This document shows positions 1-12,697 of a stretch of 64,000 nucleotides of DNA, piece after piece. Position 1 is the stretch's first letter. The number at the start of each line of letters is the position of its first letter. Below the pieces are notes generated by a model. That model was not told where the DNA came from. It did not search any database and saw only the letters and a program-made list of their open reading frames with translations. The position numbers were made by a program, and so were the translations under genes. This DNA is from Ruditapes philippinarum (taxonomy: Eukaryota), in assembly GCF_026571515.1 (NCBI RefSeq), contig NW_026867237.1, positions 124,001 through 188,000 on the forward strand. Reading direction: 5' to 3'.

Positions 1-710
1 ATTGTTAGTGGCCATGCCTTTGTCTAAATGTATTAGGACGACTTATTTTGGGGTTTGAGGTATGTACCCTAAAGAATTTGTTGGCATTGTATTGAGATGG
101 GTTTAACTTCAGGGGATTATTAGAAATTGAAGGGAGACAAATATTTTTTTTTTCACTTTCTTGGAAAAAAGGTATAGGCCACAGCCTACACAACTTATGG
201 GTAGCTATGTCTCTGATCATAAAAACAATTGTAGATAAAAAATTATTGATTTGAAGGACATCTTTAGTTGTACATGATGTATTCATTTAGTTCAGTTTTT
301 GCCAGTATATATAGGGAGTATTTATAATAATGTATGTTGGAAATAATTCTTTTCATTGGATAATCATAATTTTAATATAGTTTCATATATCCTGTTACTG
401 TCATTTTATGAAAAAATATCATTTAACCCTCTAAAATGGAACTTTGCTGTTTTATAAATTTGTTATAAATCTTCGTTACAGGTTGTATGACCTTATATAA
501 ATGATTGTTTGCTATATAACCCAAGTCTGGCTGCTCTGATTTCCAAACAACCATTTATATAGGACCATATAACATGTAAAAAATCTTTATAACTAGTAAT
601 ATAACCTGTCAAATATCTTTATAACTTATAAAGTATCTTGTTTGAGACCAGTCATTAAAAAAAGTTATCCTTATTTTAAAATTTTATATATGAATTGCTT
701 TTCATTTCAG

Positions 711-3700
711 CTGGTTACAGGTGAATGTTCCAGTATACTATGAGAAAGTATATACAACTGTTGCCCCAGTAGTTGCTAAGATTGTAGAGACAGTCATTCA
801 TTTCTGGAACAACACTAGACAACATAGAACAGCTGTTGCTGATAAGGTATTTGACATTTAAAATATGTTTCTCCATGTTAGGGCAGAATATTCATTATTG
901 TCCCCCGCCTTTTCGAAGAAAAAAGGGGGATATAGAAATAGGCTCCGTCCGTCTGTCCGTCCGTCTGTCCGTCCGTCCGTCCGTCACACTTTCGTGTCCG
1001 GTCCATAACTTTGTCATAAATGAAAGGAATTTGAAATAACTTGGCACAAATGTTTATTATAATAAGACGATGTGTCATGCGCAACAACCAGACCCCTACC
1101 TCCAGGGTCAAGGTCACACTTGCTCATTCAAGGTCAACATTGCCTATTTGAGGGTATATGTCGTGTCCGGTCCATAACTTTCTTATCTATGAAGGGATTT
1201 TGTAAATACTTGCCATAATTGTTCACAATAATCAGATGATGTGTCATGCGCAAAAACCAGTCACCTACCTTCAAGGTCAAGGTCACACTTGGAGGTCAAA
1301 TATTAACATAGTCTGTTACAGGGTATATTTCGTGTCCGGTCCATAACTTTGTCATTTATCAAAGGAATTTAAAATTACTTGGCACAAATGTTTGTTATAA
1401 TAAGACGATGTGTCATGCGCAACAACCAGACCCGTACCTTCAGGGTCAAGGTCGTACTTGCTCATTCAAGGTCAACATTGTCTATTTGAGGGTATATGTC
1501 GTGTCCAGTCCATAACTTTCTTATCTATGAAGGACTTTTGTAAATACTTGCCATAATTGTTCACAATAATCAGATGATGTGTCATGCGCAAAAACCGGTC
1601 ACCTACCTCCAAGGTCAAGGTCACACTTGGAGGTCAAATACTTACATAGTCTGTTACAGGGTATATTTTGTGTCAGGTCTATAACTTTTTCATAGATCAA
1701 AGGATTTTGAAAATACTTCGCACAAATAGTCACTATAATAAGAGGATGTGTCATGCGCAACACCTGCATCCCTACCTTCAAGGTCAAGGTCACACTTAGA
1801 GGTCAAAAATTAACATAGTCTGTATGATATATTTTGTGTCGAATCTAGAACTTCTTCATAGTTCAAGGGATTTTGGAATAACTTGGCACAAATAGTCACA
1901 ATAATAAGCCGATATGTCAGGTACAACACCTGCACCCCTACCTCTTAAGGTCAAGGTCACACTTAGAGGTCAAAGGTAAACAGTGTCTGTTATTTGGTAT
2001 ATTTTTTGTCCCGTCCATATAATTACTTCTTCATAGATTAAGGGATTTTGAAAATACTTTGCACAAATAGTCACAATGATTAGATGATATGTCATGCGTA
2101 ACATCTGTGTCCCTACCTCCAAGGTCAAGGTCACACTTAGAGGTCAAAGATTTACATAGTCTGTTATATGGTATATTTTGTGTCCAATCTATAACTTCTT
2201 CATAGTTCAAGGGATTTTGAAAATACTTGGCACAAATAGTCTCAATAATAAGACATTATGTCATGCACAACACCTGCTCTCCTACCTCCAAGGTCAAGGT
2301 CACACTTAGAGGTCAAAGCTTAACATGATAAATTTTTAAATTCCATGTTTCATTTTATTTCTTTAACAAATTTATTGTTACATTTGCAGATCTAGCATTG
2401 ATCATAATTTTTGACTGAATGTCCTGAGATCCATACCTCAATCTTTTGAAATAGCACAATTTTATGCTTCATAGAAAACTCCCGAGGCGGGGGACGTTGG
2501 TAACTCTGTTACAAATTCTTGTATTTAAGCTAAAAAAAGATTGAAAAAGGAGCTAATTTGATTTGTTCAGGTACATTTGTTATTAGTTACACATCACAAG
2601 TTCATAAGGAATGTTGAATGTTGTTCACTTATCTATGTAACGTTGGTGATTGCTCATTGGTTTAAACATATTTTTTTAAGCTCGATTGCGAAACAAGTTC
2701 TTGCAACTTATATTAATCACTTCTGAGTCTGCTTCTTGGAATCAACCAGTACTGGTGTCATATGAAGAAACATGGTTGAGTGGCAGACACCTTAACCACC
2801 AGGCCATCACTTCCCATTGAACTGTTTAGTGTTAATCCCATTGATCTGTTAATGATAGGACACTGGTTCTTCTGTAACCAGTAAAGCTGAAAAGTCACCA
2901 TACAAGTAATGCTGTCAACTTGACATAAAAAAACACAGCAAAAATATAAATTCAGTAAAAAAAATATAAATAGTTGTGACAGTGCAAAAAGGCTTTAAGT
3001 TATGCACAGTAAAGATCATACATACTTTATTATAACAATATACCAATATTACAACTGCTCACTTGATTAATATGACATTTGTATTTATTCAATGAAGTGG
3101 CTTAGTGCCAAACATGATAAAATCAGATAAAAGTTATAATCTTTGATTAGATATGATATATACCAATCATTGGTTATAATGTATAGTTGATATGTTTGCA
3201 ACAAAATATAATGACATAGGCACATATTAAATTGGTGGTGGTTTATTAATAGACACGAAACGTAAGAACTGACAACTTGAAAATGGCATAAAAATTTATA
3301 TTAAAAATGGTATAAAAATTTATATTTATTATCCTTTATACATTTACAGGTGTATTCTATGGCCCCAGAAATTTGGGACGAAGTGGGGAAGTATTTAGCC
3401 CTTTGCTGGGATTTCATACTTGAATACACATACTGGATTCAGGGACACATAGCAGTTTGTTATAAATACGTCTACCATTGGGTAGAAAAAAATATTATTC
3501 AGTAAGTATGCTTTATCAAGTTTTAAGTTTAACTTTTTCAACACTGGAAATGTGAGAATGACAGGTTTATGTCACCATTTAAGAGCAGTGATGTCTCGAC
3601 TACATGGTAGCAAGCTTATAGGACTAGATTCTTGTTCTCTTACCTGTTTTATTTTAGTGTTTTCACTTTGCTGTACTTAACATTTACACTTTAAAGTTTA

Positions 3701-4386
3701 AAGCAGAACTATTCGTTTAATAGGGATAGGGTATATAGCGATTGGGCATATCAGAGTGATTTTGTACTGGATATGAAATATTGGAATTTATCAGGGATGC
3801 TCAGTCAATATACTAGGAAAGATGAAATGAAGAAAATTTTAAATATTTTTATTAACAAGGGCAGGAGTTAAGAAACAATCCTAATTTTGAAAGAAAAATG
3901 TTGAGTAGATTTACCAGTATTTGCAATGGGTTGGGAAAGTAACATCTTACATTTCATGTGTAAAATGTGCCACATGTCTCAATATGACATCATTTCAACA
4001 CCTTTATGAATGCATTATGGTTATACACAGGCCTGTAATACATAAATTCAGATCCAGTTATAATCAGAAACGTTCGTCAGAATATTAGCATTTGAAGTTA
4101 TTTATTCTTTAGAAATACACATGTCTGCAATTTAAACGTAAGTGAATAATTGTCATATTTGAACATCAATATTGTTTATCAGATACACAAGTTTTGTTAT
4201 TGCCTTAAACAGTTGCCTATACCGAGGTATGAAATAAAGAAAATATTGTAATTTGTTTTGTTTTCTTTTTTTTTCAGGGGTGATTTTTCTGCTGCTAATA
4301 TACAACATACATTATCCTGGTCAGCTAATAGATTTCAGAATTATACTTTATCAGCAATAGAATGGTGTCGTCAATTAATGACATAA
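711..4386 (+). CDS. TMEM214: Transmembrane protein 214-like, last three coding exons (711-846, 3350-3501, 4278-4386); gene starts upstream of the window
   Basis: Canonical AG/GT boundaries with consistent phases give WLQVNVPVYYEKVYTTVAPVV...VADK|VYSMAPEIWDEVGKYLALCWDF...EKNIIQ|GDFSAANIQHTLSWSANRFQNYTLSAIEWCRQLMT*. This resembles the TMEM214 C-terminus as I recall it (WL...P, then GE..W..MK..LS...LDWA..LI); not database-checked. Confidence 0.75.
895..2522. mobile_element. HINE-type (Helentron-associated non-autonomous) element with internal ~169-bp tandem array
   Basis: 5' subTIR tcccccgcct (901-910), (GTCC/GTCT)n microsatellite (~945-985), about 8 units of ~169 bp (tcgtgtccggtccataact at ~992, 1161, 1330, 1499...), 3' subTIR aggcggggga (2485-2494) and hairpin gtaac-tct-gttac (2500-2512). 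Confidence 0.85.
2659..2815 (-). mobile_element. tRNA-derived SINE, internally deleted copy of the family at 10002-10196
   Basis: Reverse complement aligns to the 10002-10196 copy but lacks the B-box region. Confidence 0.85.
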
Positions 4387-4575
4387 AAAACTTTCTGTTC
4401 CCGCCTTTACCATACTGTGTATTTATTCAAAAGCTTTACCATACTGAAAATCAGTGTGACCATTTGCAAAAAATCATTGCCAGTTTTGTTTTCATATTTG
4501 AATGAACTTTTCTTGTTTGTTTCTTTTCTTAGATAATGTGTAAATATATTATAAACATTATAAAGGAATCATGTA

Positions 4576-7158
4576 CTGGCATGCGAGCAGTTCCCGTACA
4601 GAAGCAGTACCCGTATTTTTAGCTCACCTGTCACAAAGTGACAGGGTGAGCTTTTGTGATCGCTTTTCGTCCGGCGTCCGTCCGTCCGTCGTCCGTCCGT
4701 CGTCCGTCCGTCCGTCCGTCCGTAAACTTTTACTTTAAATGACATCTCCTCATAAACCACTAAGCCAATTTCATCCAAACTTCACAGGAATGTTCCTTTG
4801 GTGGTCACCTTTAAAAATTGTTCAAAGAATTTAATTCCATGCAAAACTCTGGTTGCCATGGCAACCGAAAGAAAAAACTTTAAATATCTTCTTTTAAAAA
4901 ACCATAAGAGCTAGAGCTTAGATATTTGGCATGAAACATCTTCTAGTGAGTGTCTACCAAGTTTGTTCAAATAAAAGCCCTGGGGTCAAAATTGGCCCCG
5001 CCCCGGGGGCTCATTGATTTTCCCTATATGCATATAGTAAAAACTTAAAAAATCTTCTTTTAAAGAACCCAAAGAGCTAGAGCTAAGATATTTAGCATGA
5101 AACATGTTCTAATGGGTGTCTACCAAGTTAGTTCAAATAAAAGCCCTGGGGTGAAAATTGGCCCCGCCCCGGGGGTCATTGATTTTCCCTATATGCATAT
5201 AGTAAAAACTTAAAAAATCTTCTTTTAAAGAACTCAAAGAGCTAGAGCTTAGATATTTGGCATGAAACATCTTCTAGTGAGTGTCTACCAAGTTTGTTCA
5301 AATAAAAGCCCTAGGGTCAAAATTGGCCCCGCCCCGGGGGGTCATTGATATTCCCTATTTGCATATAGTAAAAACTTAAAAAATCTTCTTTTAAAGAACC
5401 CAAAGAGCTAGAGCTAAGATATTTAGTATGAAACATGTTCTAATGGGTGTCTACCAAGTTTGTTCAAATAAAAGCCCTGGGGTGAAAATTGGCCCCGCCC
5501 CGGGGGTCATTGATTTTCCCTATATGCATATTGTAAAAACTTAAAAATCTTCTTTTAAAGAACTCACAGAGCTAGAGCTTAGATATTTGGCATGAAACAT
5601 CTTCTAGTGTGTGTCTACCAAGTTTGTTCAAATAAAAGCCCTGGGGTCAAAATTGGCCCCGCCCCGGGGGGTCATTGATTTTCCCTATATGCATATAGTA
5701 AAAACTTAAAAAATCTTCTTTTAAAGAACCCAAAGAGCTAGAGCTAAGATATTTAGCATGAAACATGTTCTAATGGGTGTCTACCAAGTTTGTTCAAATA
5801 AAAGCCCTGGGGTGAAAATTGGCCCCGCCCCGGGGGGGTCATTGATTTTCCCTATATGCATATAGTAAAAACTTAAAAAATCTTCTTTTAAAGAACTCAA
5901 AGAGCTATGGCTAAGATATTGAGCATCAAACATGTTCTAATAGGTGTCTACCAAGTTTGTTCAAATACAAGCCCAGGGGTCAAAATTGGCCCCGCCCCGG
6001 GGGTCATTGATTTTCTTTATATGTGTTTAGCAAAAACTTTAAATCTTCTTTGAAGAAACCCAAATAGCTAGAGTTTAGATATTAAGCATGAAACATCTTC
6101 TAGTAAGTGTCTACAAAGTTTGTTCAAATAAAAGCCCTGGGGTCAAAACTGGCCCGGCCCCAGGGGTGTCATTGTTTTTAACTATATGTGTATAGTAAAA
6201 ACTTAAAAAAAATCTTCTTTTAAAAAGCCCAATGAGCTAGAGCTTAAATGTTTAGCATGAAACATCTTCTTATGGGTGTCTACCAAGTTTGTGCAAATAA
6301 AAGCCCTTGGGTTAAATTGGCTCTGCAACGTTGGGTGGGGGGGGGGCCTATATACAGGTGAGCGACCTCAGGGCCATCATGGCCCTCTTGTTCATTTAAA
6401 CGCTAGATTTTTACTTGCAATCTTCAAAAATTCATTTCAAATCAAGCATATACATAAACGAGACAAAATGTAATTGTCAGTTCAGCAATACGTATATAAA
6501 GTCTCATTTTAAATCACTTTCACCTGTGCGTCGTCAAAACGTGACCTTGTTTTCTCTGGGGGATTCCGTCCTTGCGCGCATGCGCTAAAATACTTACACG
6601 TGAGGCTTGTTAAAGGGTTTTCCACTAATACCACCTGTTTACAAATAAGTAGGCAATGAGATGAAAAATTGTTTAATTATCAGAATGTTGACCAATATTA
6701 CTATAAATAATAGTTTTATGGCTTTGATGCGTAAAATATCATGCATACAAGCATGTTACTGCATATGAATGCGTTGGGGTAACGGTACCGGGTAATAGAT
6801 ACCGGCTTTTAGTCTACGCTCTATTTCCTGAATTACATCTATTTATCTCTTAGATAATGGTCTGTTCAACAATTGTAAATGAAAAATAGGTCCGATATAA
6901 TAAAATTGTATAATTATAATGGGTTAGACTTTATGTACGGGAACTACTTCTCTTCATACAAAATAATGGATAATTTCGGTACCCCATATGAGGCCTCATA
7001 AGTAAGGGTTTTTCTATGTTTAGAACATGATGGAATTTCCATGATTTGTGTGACGAGCCGAATATTGATGTGTAACATTCAAATATTGGTGAGTGAGCGT
7101 AATAAAAAATAATGATTAAGTAACTATGATTTTTGTACGGGAACTGCTCGCATGCCAG
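4576..7158. mobile_element. MITE with terminal inverted repeats and probable TA target duplication, interrupted by a HINE
   Basis: tgtactggcatgcgagcagttcccgtaca (4572-4600) is the exact reverse complement of 7134-7162; subterminal copies of the motif at ~4601-4615 and ~6934-6950. Confidence 0.8.
4617..6392. mobile_element. HINE-type element with ~165-bp tandem array
   Basis: subTIR agctcacctg (4621-4630) and caggtgagc (~6355-6363), (GTCC)n tract ~4670-4722, about 9 units containing agctagagct..gatatt and aaattggccccgccccgggg, terminal hairpin agggccatcatggccct (~6370-6386). Confidence 0.9.
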
Positions 7159-8521
7159 TACAGATAATTTGAAATTTGGTGCCAAAATAATACTTTGTTA
7201 ATTTTTTCAATAGACTTGTTCCAGAGTTCAGAGTATTTTGTGTTTTTCCCAGGGGATTAATTTTGAAAAAACCCACATTTACCAAGTTCTTGATAACATC
7301 TTTTTATATATAATTATCAACTTCATTAGTTACAATATTTACTCGTATTTTGAGTTAACCTGCAGAAACTTAAAAATGATTTCATTTTTGACAACTGTAT
7401 AGTGCTAAGCTTTAAATAGATGCTCGACTGTCCATTCTTGAAATTTAGCAGGTTTATGGTTAACAAGGACTCATTATATCATTGTTACAAATGCTTTTAC
7501 AGTGCAGAAATTTATAACAGTGTTTGGTGTTTAAATTTAATCTTGTAAGGTCCGTATTTAACATTTTAAATGCTTATAGGACATAGATTTTCAATTTTTG
7601 TTTTGTATTGTAAAGGTATATTCATGCATCAGAAATTAATATTATTTTTTAGAAAGGGCAAACAGGAGTTTAAAAATGTTTTAAATAATAGTTTTAGAGC
7701 ATTTTAGATGCTTTTCACCTGAAGAATACAGCTATGAATGTGAAATTATTTGTCAAAAAAATAGTAAAACATAAAAAAGTATTAGTTTTGACTTCCATAC
7801 AAAATATTTAATCACTATATTATTACTATTTACAAAAAAGCAACAGAAGCAAAAGTCGGTTCAGATAATTGGCCAATGAGTAACTTTTTTCGAAAACAGT
7901 TTTTGAAAAATGAAAATAAAAGCATTTCTGGGGCATAATGTGCCTTTAAATCAACTATCAAAATTACTTAACAGCCAAAACAAGGTTGTTTAGACTGAAA
8001 TAAAATCAGCAAAACTGTACACATATTTATTTGTAGTTAAGTTATGTAGTAGCAAAACTTTGGTTGGCAGGGATATATATTTGCCTGAGGTTATGGGAAG
8101 AATCTTGCTTTATATAAATGTATCTAAAATGCTTATTTTTTTTTTTTAATATTTTATGCTATAATGTTTGATAAATAATTTCTCTATAACTAAGATATAT
8201 CTAAAGATGATTTATTTGAATAAATAATAAAATGTTTCACAAAATAGCAGTATTATTTTACAACCAGAACTGTTGAGTATTTAAAATATTATTATTAATT
8301 AATTATTAGATATTTATTTAGTTTTCAAAGTAGTGCTGCTTCTTGTTTCTTAAGTTTCCTCTCTTTTAATTAAAATTTTTCTTTCGGGTGTTGTTTGGAA
8401 ATGTAAATAATTTAAGTTCACAATGCCTTGATAACTAAACTGTTGTAATAATTTTGTAGTCTGAAGTCAGCTTGAGTTATGATGGGTCATTATCATATAC
8501 CTATTAAGTGTTGGATAACAT

Positions 8522-8751
8522 ATGAGCCGAGTCAAGACAAAACCAACATAATGGGTTTTCGACCAGCATGGATCCAGACCAGCCTGCGCATCTGCTCAGT
8601 CTTATTAGGATCCATGCTGTTCGCTGTCAGTTTCTTTACCTGTAATAGGGTTTGTAAGCAAACAGCATGGATCCTGATCAGACTGCGCGGATGCGCAGGC
8701 TGGTCTGGATCCATGCTGATCGCAAACGCACTATGTTGGTTTTGTCGTGAC
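8522..8751. mobile_element. Palindromic ~230-bp MITE (atgagccg...cggctca family), copy 1
   Basis: Fold-back sequence (cagcatggatccagaccagcctgcgcat / atgcgcaggctggtctggatccatgctg); further copies at 34573, 59324 and 61285. Confidence 0.85.
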
Positions 8752-10001
8752 TTCTGTAATGTAAAGATATTTCTTTATTATTCATGTAAAAATATTTCTC
8801 TATTATTATTAAATAAAAGGTTTATGTAAAGTTTGTGCCCTTCGCATTATTTTGTATACCTAGTAAAAAACTTTTGTATGTGTTTTAATGGCGTTTTGTT
8901 TGCGTAATAATGTAAGGCACAATGGTATCTCATTGTATTGTGAAGTGTTAGTATATTTTGTGAATTGTTTCGGTGTCTATTGCAAGTTTTTGTGTCTTAA
9001 TGACCTCTATTGTCTTGTTTTTTTTTCTCACTATTCCTGATGAAAGACAGAAATGTAAGTCTCAAAAGAGACTCAGAAAGAATATGTAAATAAAACTTGG
9101 AAAAAATGTTGAAGTCATGCTGGATCTTTAAATATTAAAAATGTAAGGTATAAAATATATAATCTGGATGGACCTTTAAACATGATCTGCTTTCTATAGA
9201 TTAATCTCATTTCTCTGTTGTTTTTAAACTTTTGTTTTTTTGTTGTTTAGTTGTTGTATAGTCACACAGGTCGGGAGATAATAGTTTAAAAATCAAAATT
9301 TTTTGCAGAGTAAAAATTTGCATGATGAAACTTCTATTATGCTTTGGACAAAATTTATGAAAACACATACTTTTCATAATCATTGTATTTTTGATGGTGA
9401 GATGTTAGTTGAATTAAAAAGAAACAGCAACAAAAAACGTTATGTTGTATATAAAGTCGAAATGATTGAGCTTTTTGAGACAATTGACCTTTTTATATAG
9501 ATGACATACGAATTGCAGCAGTTATACAGAAAAAAATTATTGACCACATTTAGAGTACTGGAAAGATTTGACAAAACATAATTTTATAATGAATTATTAA
9601 AAAGTGTTATGAAACGAATAAAAATGAGTTTAGAAAACTTACATGTATTTTTATGATAAGTTTGTTAGACAATGCTAACTGCTATTAGATAATAATATAT
9701 TAATTTTGTGACGCAATGACCATGCTTACAGCTTTGGTCAATGTGTAGTTTTGCTTTAAAAGCCTTTTTTGTCAATTTATTGTTAATAAGTGTTAAAAAT
9801 ACAATTTATGGTTTTTCTGGTCTCTTTTTAAAATTAAAATTGATAATATAAGCAATGCAATTGTAAAATTTAAAGTTCAGATATTTATAACAAGTTTAAT
9901 AAAATCAAAGAAAAAAATCTATGCAGTTGTTTGTTGGGTTTTATTTATGTGAGAAGTATTCTTCTGTTTACGTGCCAAAATGCAATGTAAAATGTAGACA
10001 A

Positions 10002-10196
10002 GGGGAACGGTGGCCAAGTGGTTGAGGTGTCTGCCTCTCAACCCAGAGATCATGGGTTCGACACCTACTCGGGTCACGACCATGTTTCTTCATATGACAC
10101 CAGTACTGGTTGGTTCCAGGAAGCGGACTCGAAAGTGATTAATATAAGTTGCAAGAACTTGTTTCGCATTCGAGCTTAAATAAATATGTTTAAACC
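10002..10196 (+). mobile_element. Full-length tRNA-derived SINE with 13-bp TSD
   Basis: A-box-like tggccaagtgg, B-box-like ggttcgacacc, tail aataaatatgtttaaacc; aaaatgtagacaa duplicated at 9989-10001 and 10197-10209. Confidence 0.9.
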
Positions 10197-12697
10197 AAAA
10201 TGTAGACAAAACCAACCGAGATGTACTGTTTTAACTGTTCGGCAAATCCATAACACAAGTTCAGCTGGTAATGAATCACACGATATTATACATGATAATT
10301 CAACTGTTGCACCCATAGTATTGTATAATTTGTTATTGTAAATTTCTGATCAGCATTTGACTTAGTTGTTGAAGTTTGATATATGAAAAACTAATAATCA
10401 TAAAATTTGGCCCACACCTTCATTAGTTACTCTAATCGACTATTCCAGCGTTAATGTCCAATGGGATGGGGGATTTCATATCACAATTTCAAGATTGGTA
10501 ACATAATTTGACTGCGAGGGTGTGACATAGATAAAGTAATCACCGTGTCGAGATAGCACCGGAAGGGAACCTTCAATAGAAGTGTTTAACAAGAAATAAA
10601 TATAAACTTTTAAGACAAAGAATTTATCGTTTTCAATAAATTACCACTAGTTATCGCATATAGTTGTGCCCTGTGCAAATGTGGTATCCACCCCCCACCC
10701 CCAAACCTCCCAATACATCTTCATACACATCCTCTGGGTCTTAAGATAGTTTCCTCACCACATTGTTCGTAAACTTCCTTAAGACCGTACCCTTGTGGGG
10801 AAATTGTAATTTCTATATGAGCGGCATGTCACCATACCCGAGGCACACCGCAACATGTCAGCGTGATAGGTAACAAATATATATTTTATAACTTTGTGGT
10901 TAGTAAGTAACATTTTAATGTTTTGAGTTCCGTTTGTGATCATAACACGTTACATACAGTTATTATTTTCTTATATATTTAATATATTTTTAGAGTGCTT
11001 AATTTAAGAATTTCCATTAACAATCTTTCTGGTCATCTAGGCAACGCTAATAGTGATGCCGACAATATAGGGCTAATTTCATTGAAATATCATACTGTAG
11101 GAACAGTGACGTGTTGCCCCTGTTCGGCTAGATTATGCCAAGACCGAACATGTAACTGTATGAAAACTTAAGCCTCAAGTTAATGGGCTACTTCCAGCAT
11201 TCTTGGTGAAACTAGAGGGTGGCCGAAAGCACTAATGAAGCGTGTCCTTAGCCACAAAGGCAGTTCTACTGTAGAAGTGACAGGGACATCTTTTTTCTTT
11301 TTTAACCTAGAGGTTATTATTACGCACGCCTCACGTATTACACTTTTAGTTAACCTACCATTTTAGCTTCTTTTACGGAAACTGTTTGAAGAAACAATGG
11401 TAAACATTTTATAATGTTCAATGATTTATTTTTGCAATAGTACTCAAGACGATAAAAACATTGTTTATGATCATACGAAGTCAAATCCCACATGGTGGAA
11501 ACGTCCCTGAATTTACCTGAATCTACCTGCAAATACAAATGAAATCACAAATTTAATGTAAATAAGTAACAACGTTTAATGGTGTTGTTCTTTACTTTAC
11601 ATGATGAAATTTCCAGAAAACTATTAATATTCATGTAATTCTACAATTTTAATGCCCAAATATATTAAATATTTAATATCCTTAACATTTTTACACAGCA
11701 AAATTCTTCATTTTATCCACTTATGGCATTTTACTTGATTTTCGTAAAAATAATACCAGTAACCCATTGTTCTGGATTTTACACAGTTATACAATCTATT
11801 TTAGCTATGCATTACTAATGCTACCTTTTATAGTCATTTGAATGCAAATCGGGAAACAATTCCAACGAACTTAAACACACAAAATAACGGACTTGGGACG
11901 GTTGTATACAAAGTTGTGCATGCCAGTTAAAGATTAGTCAGCCTATTTATCACAAAACGGAAGAATTTTTGCATCATATTTTTAAAGACCTAATTTATAC
12001 ATGTTTTAAGTTTACAAGAAAAAAATGTCGCATTTACCCACAACAGTAATGAACAAATTAACATTTGTCAATTTTGTTTATAACTATTTATTTAATAACT
12101 CCGTCGTTTCAAATTGAAAGCCCTCAAAGGGCATTGCTCCTCCAATATAAATCAAAAGGCTTTCTGCTAGCTCAAAGAAGATTTATTGTTTTACTAAGTT
12201 GCCCACTCATGTTTGAAGTACATGTATAGTTCAGAAATGGGTTTTTGATGGGAATTCTTTCTTAAACAGAAGTAATGTTGAAACACCGTCAGATTATCCT
12301 ATTAAACTATAAGCTATAATCTCTGCTGACTACAGTTTACAAAACTTTATTTTTGAATTTTGAAAAAGAATAATTCCAAAATGCATGTATAAAAGAAATA
12401 TGTTGGGTTATTTCCTTTTGCATGCATGAAATCATTGCTAAATGGTTAAAACTATATAACATAGTAGCCTAGAATTTTGTTGCAGAACATTTTATTCTGT
12501 AAAGGTACAATTTTCATATGTGTGTGAAATAACAGAAGAATTCTATGTTACAACAGTAGCGAGAATCCATCACAAGCGCACGGAAAAAATAAAATTTTCC
12601 ATTTATAAATCTTATATTTTTTATCAGATAGAGCTTTAAACCCTTCAAGAATTATGTCTTAACTTCTATATTACGTACCTTTCTCTTAACACGAATC

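Noticed and set aside
836-4778. Short ORFs with RTDG/VRLS repeats (836-1039, 878-1117, 4569-4778; also 37689-37925)
   Set aside because: They are translations of HINE GTCC microsatellites.
895-6392. CRISPR-like arrays
   Set aside because: Whole ~165-169 bp units are repeated with no unique spacers; eukaryotic context; no cas genes.
8479-8829. ORFs over the palindromic MITE (also 61247-61542)
   Set aside because: Chance frames in a non-coding fold-back repeat.
10002-10075. tRNA gene
   Set aside because: It has A/B boxes but no convincing cloverleaf; it continues into a SINE body, has a TSD and has a second dispersed copy.
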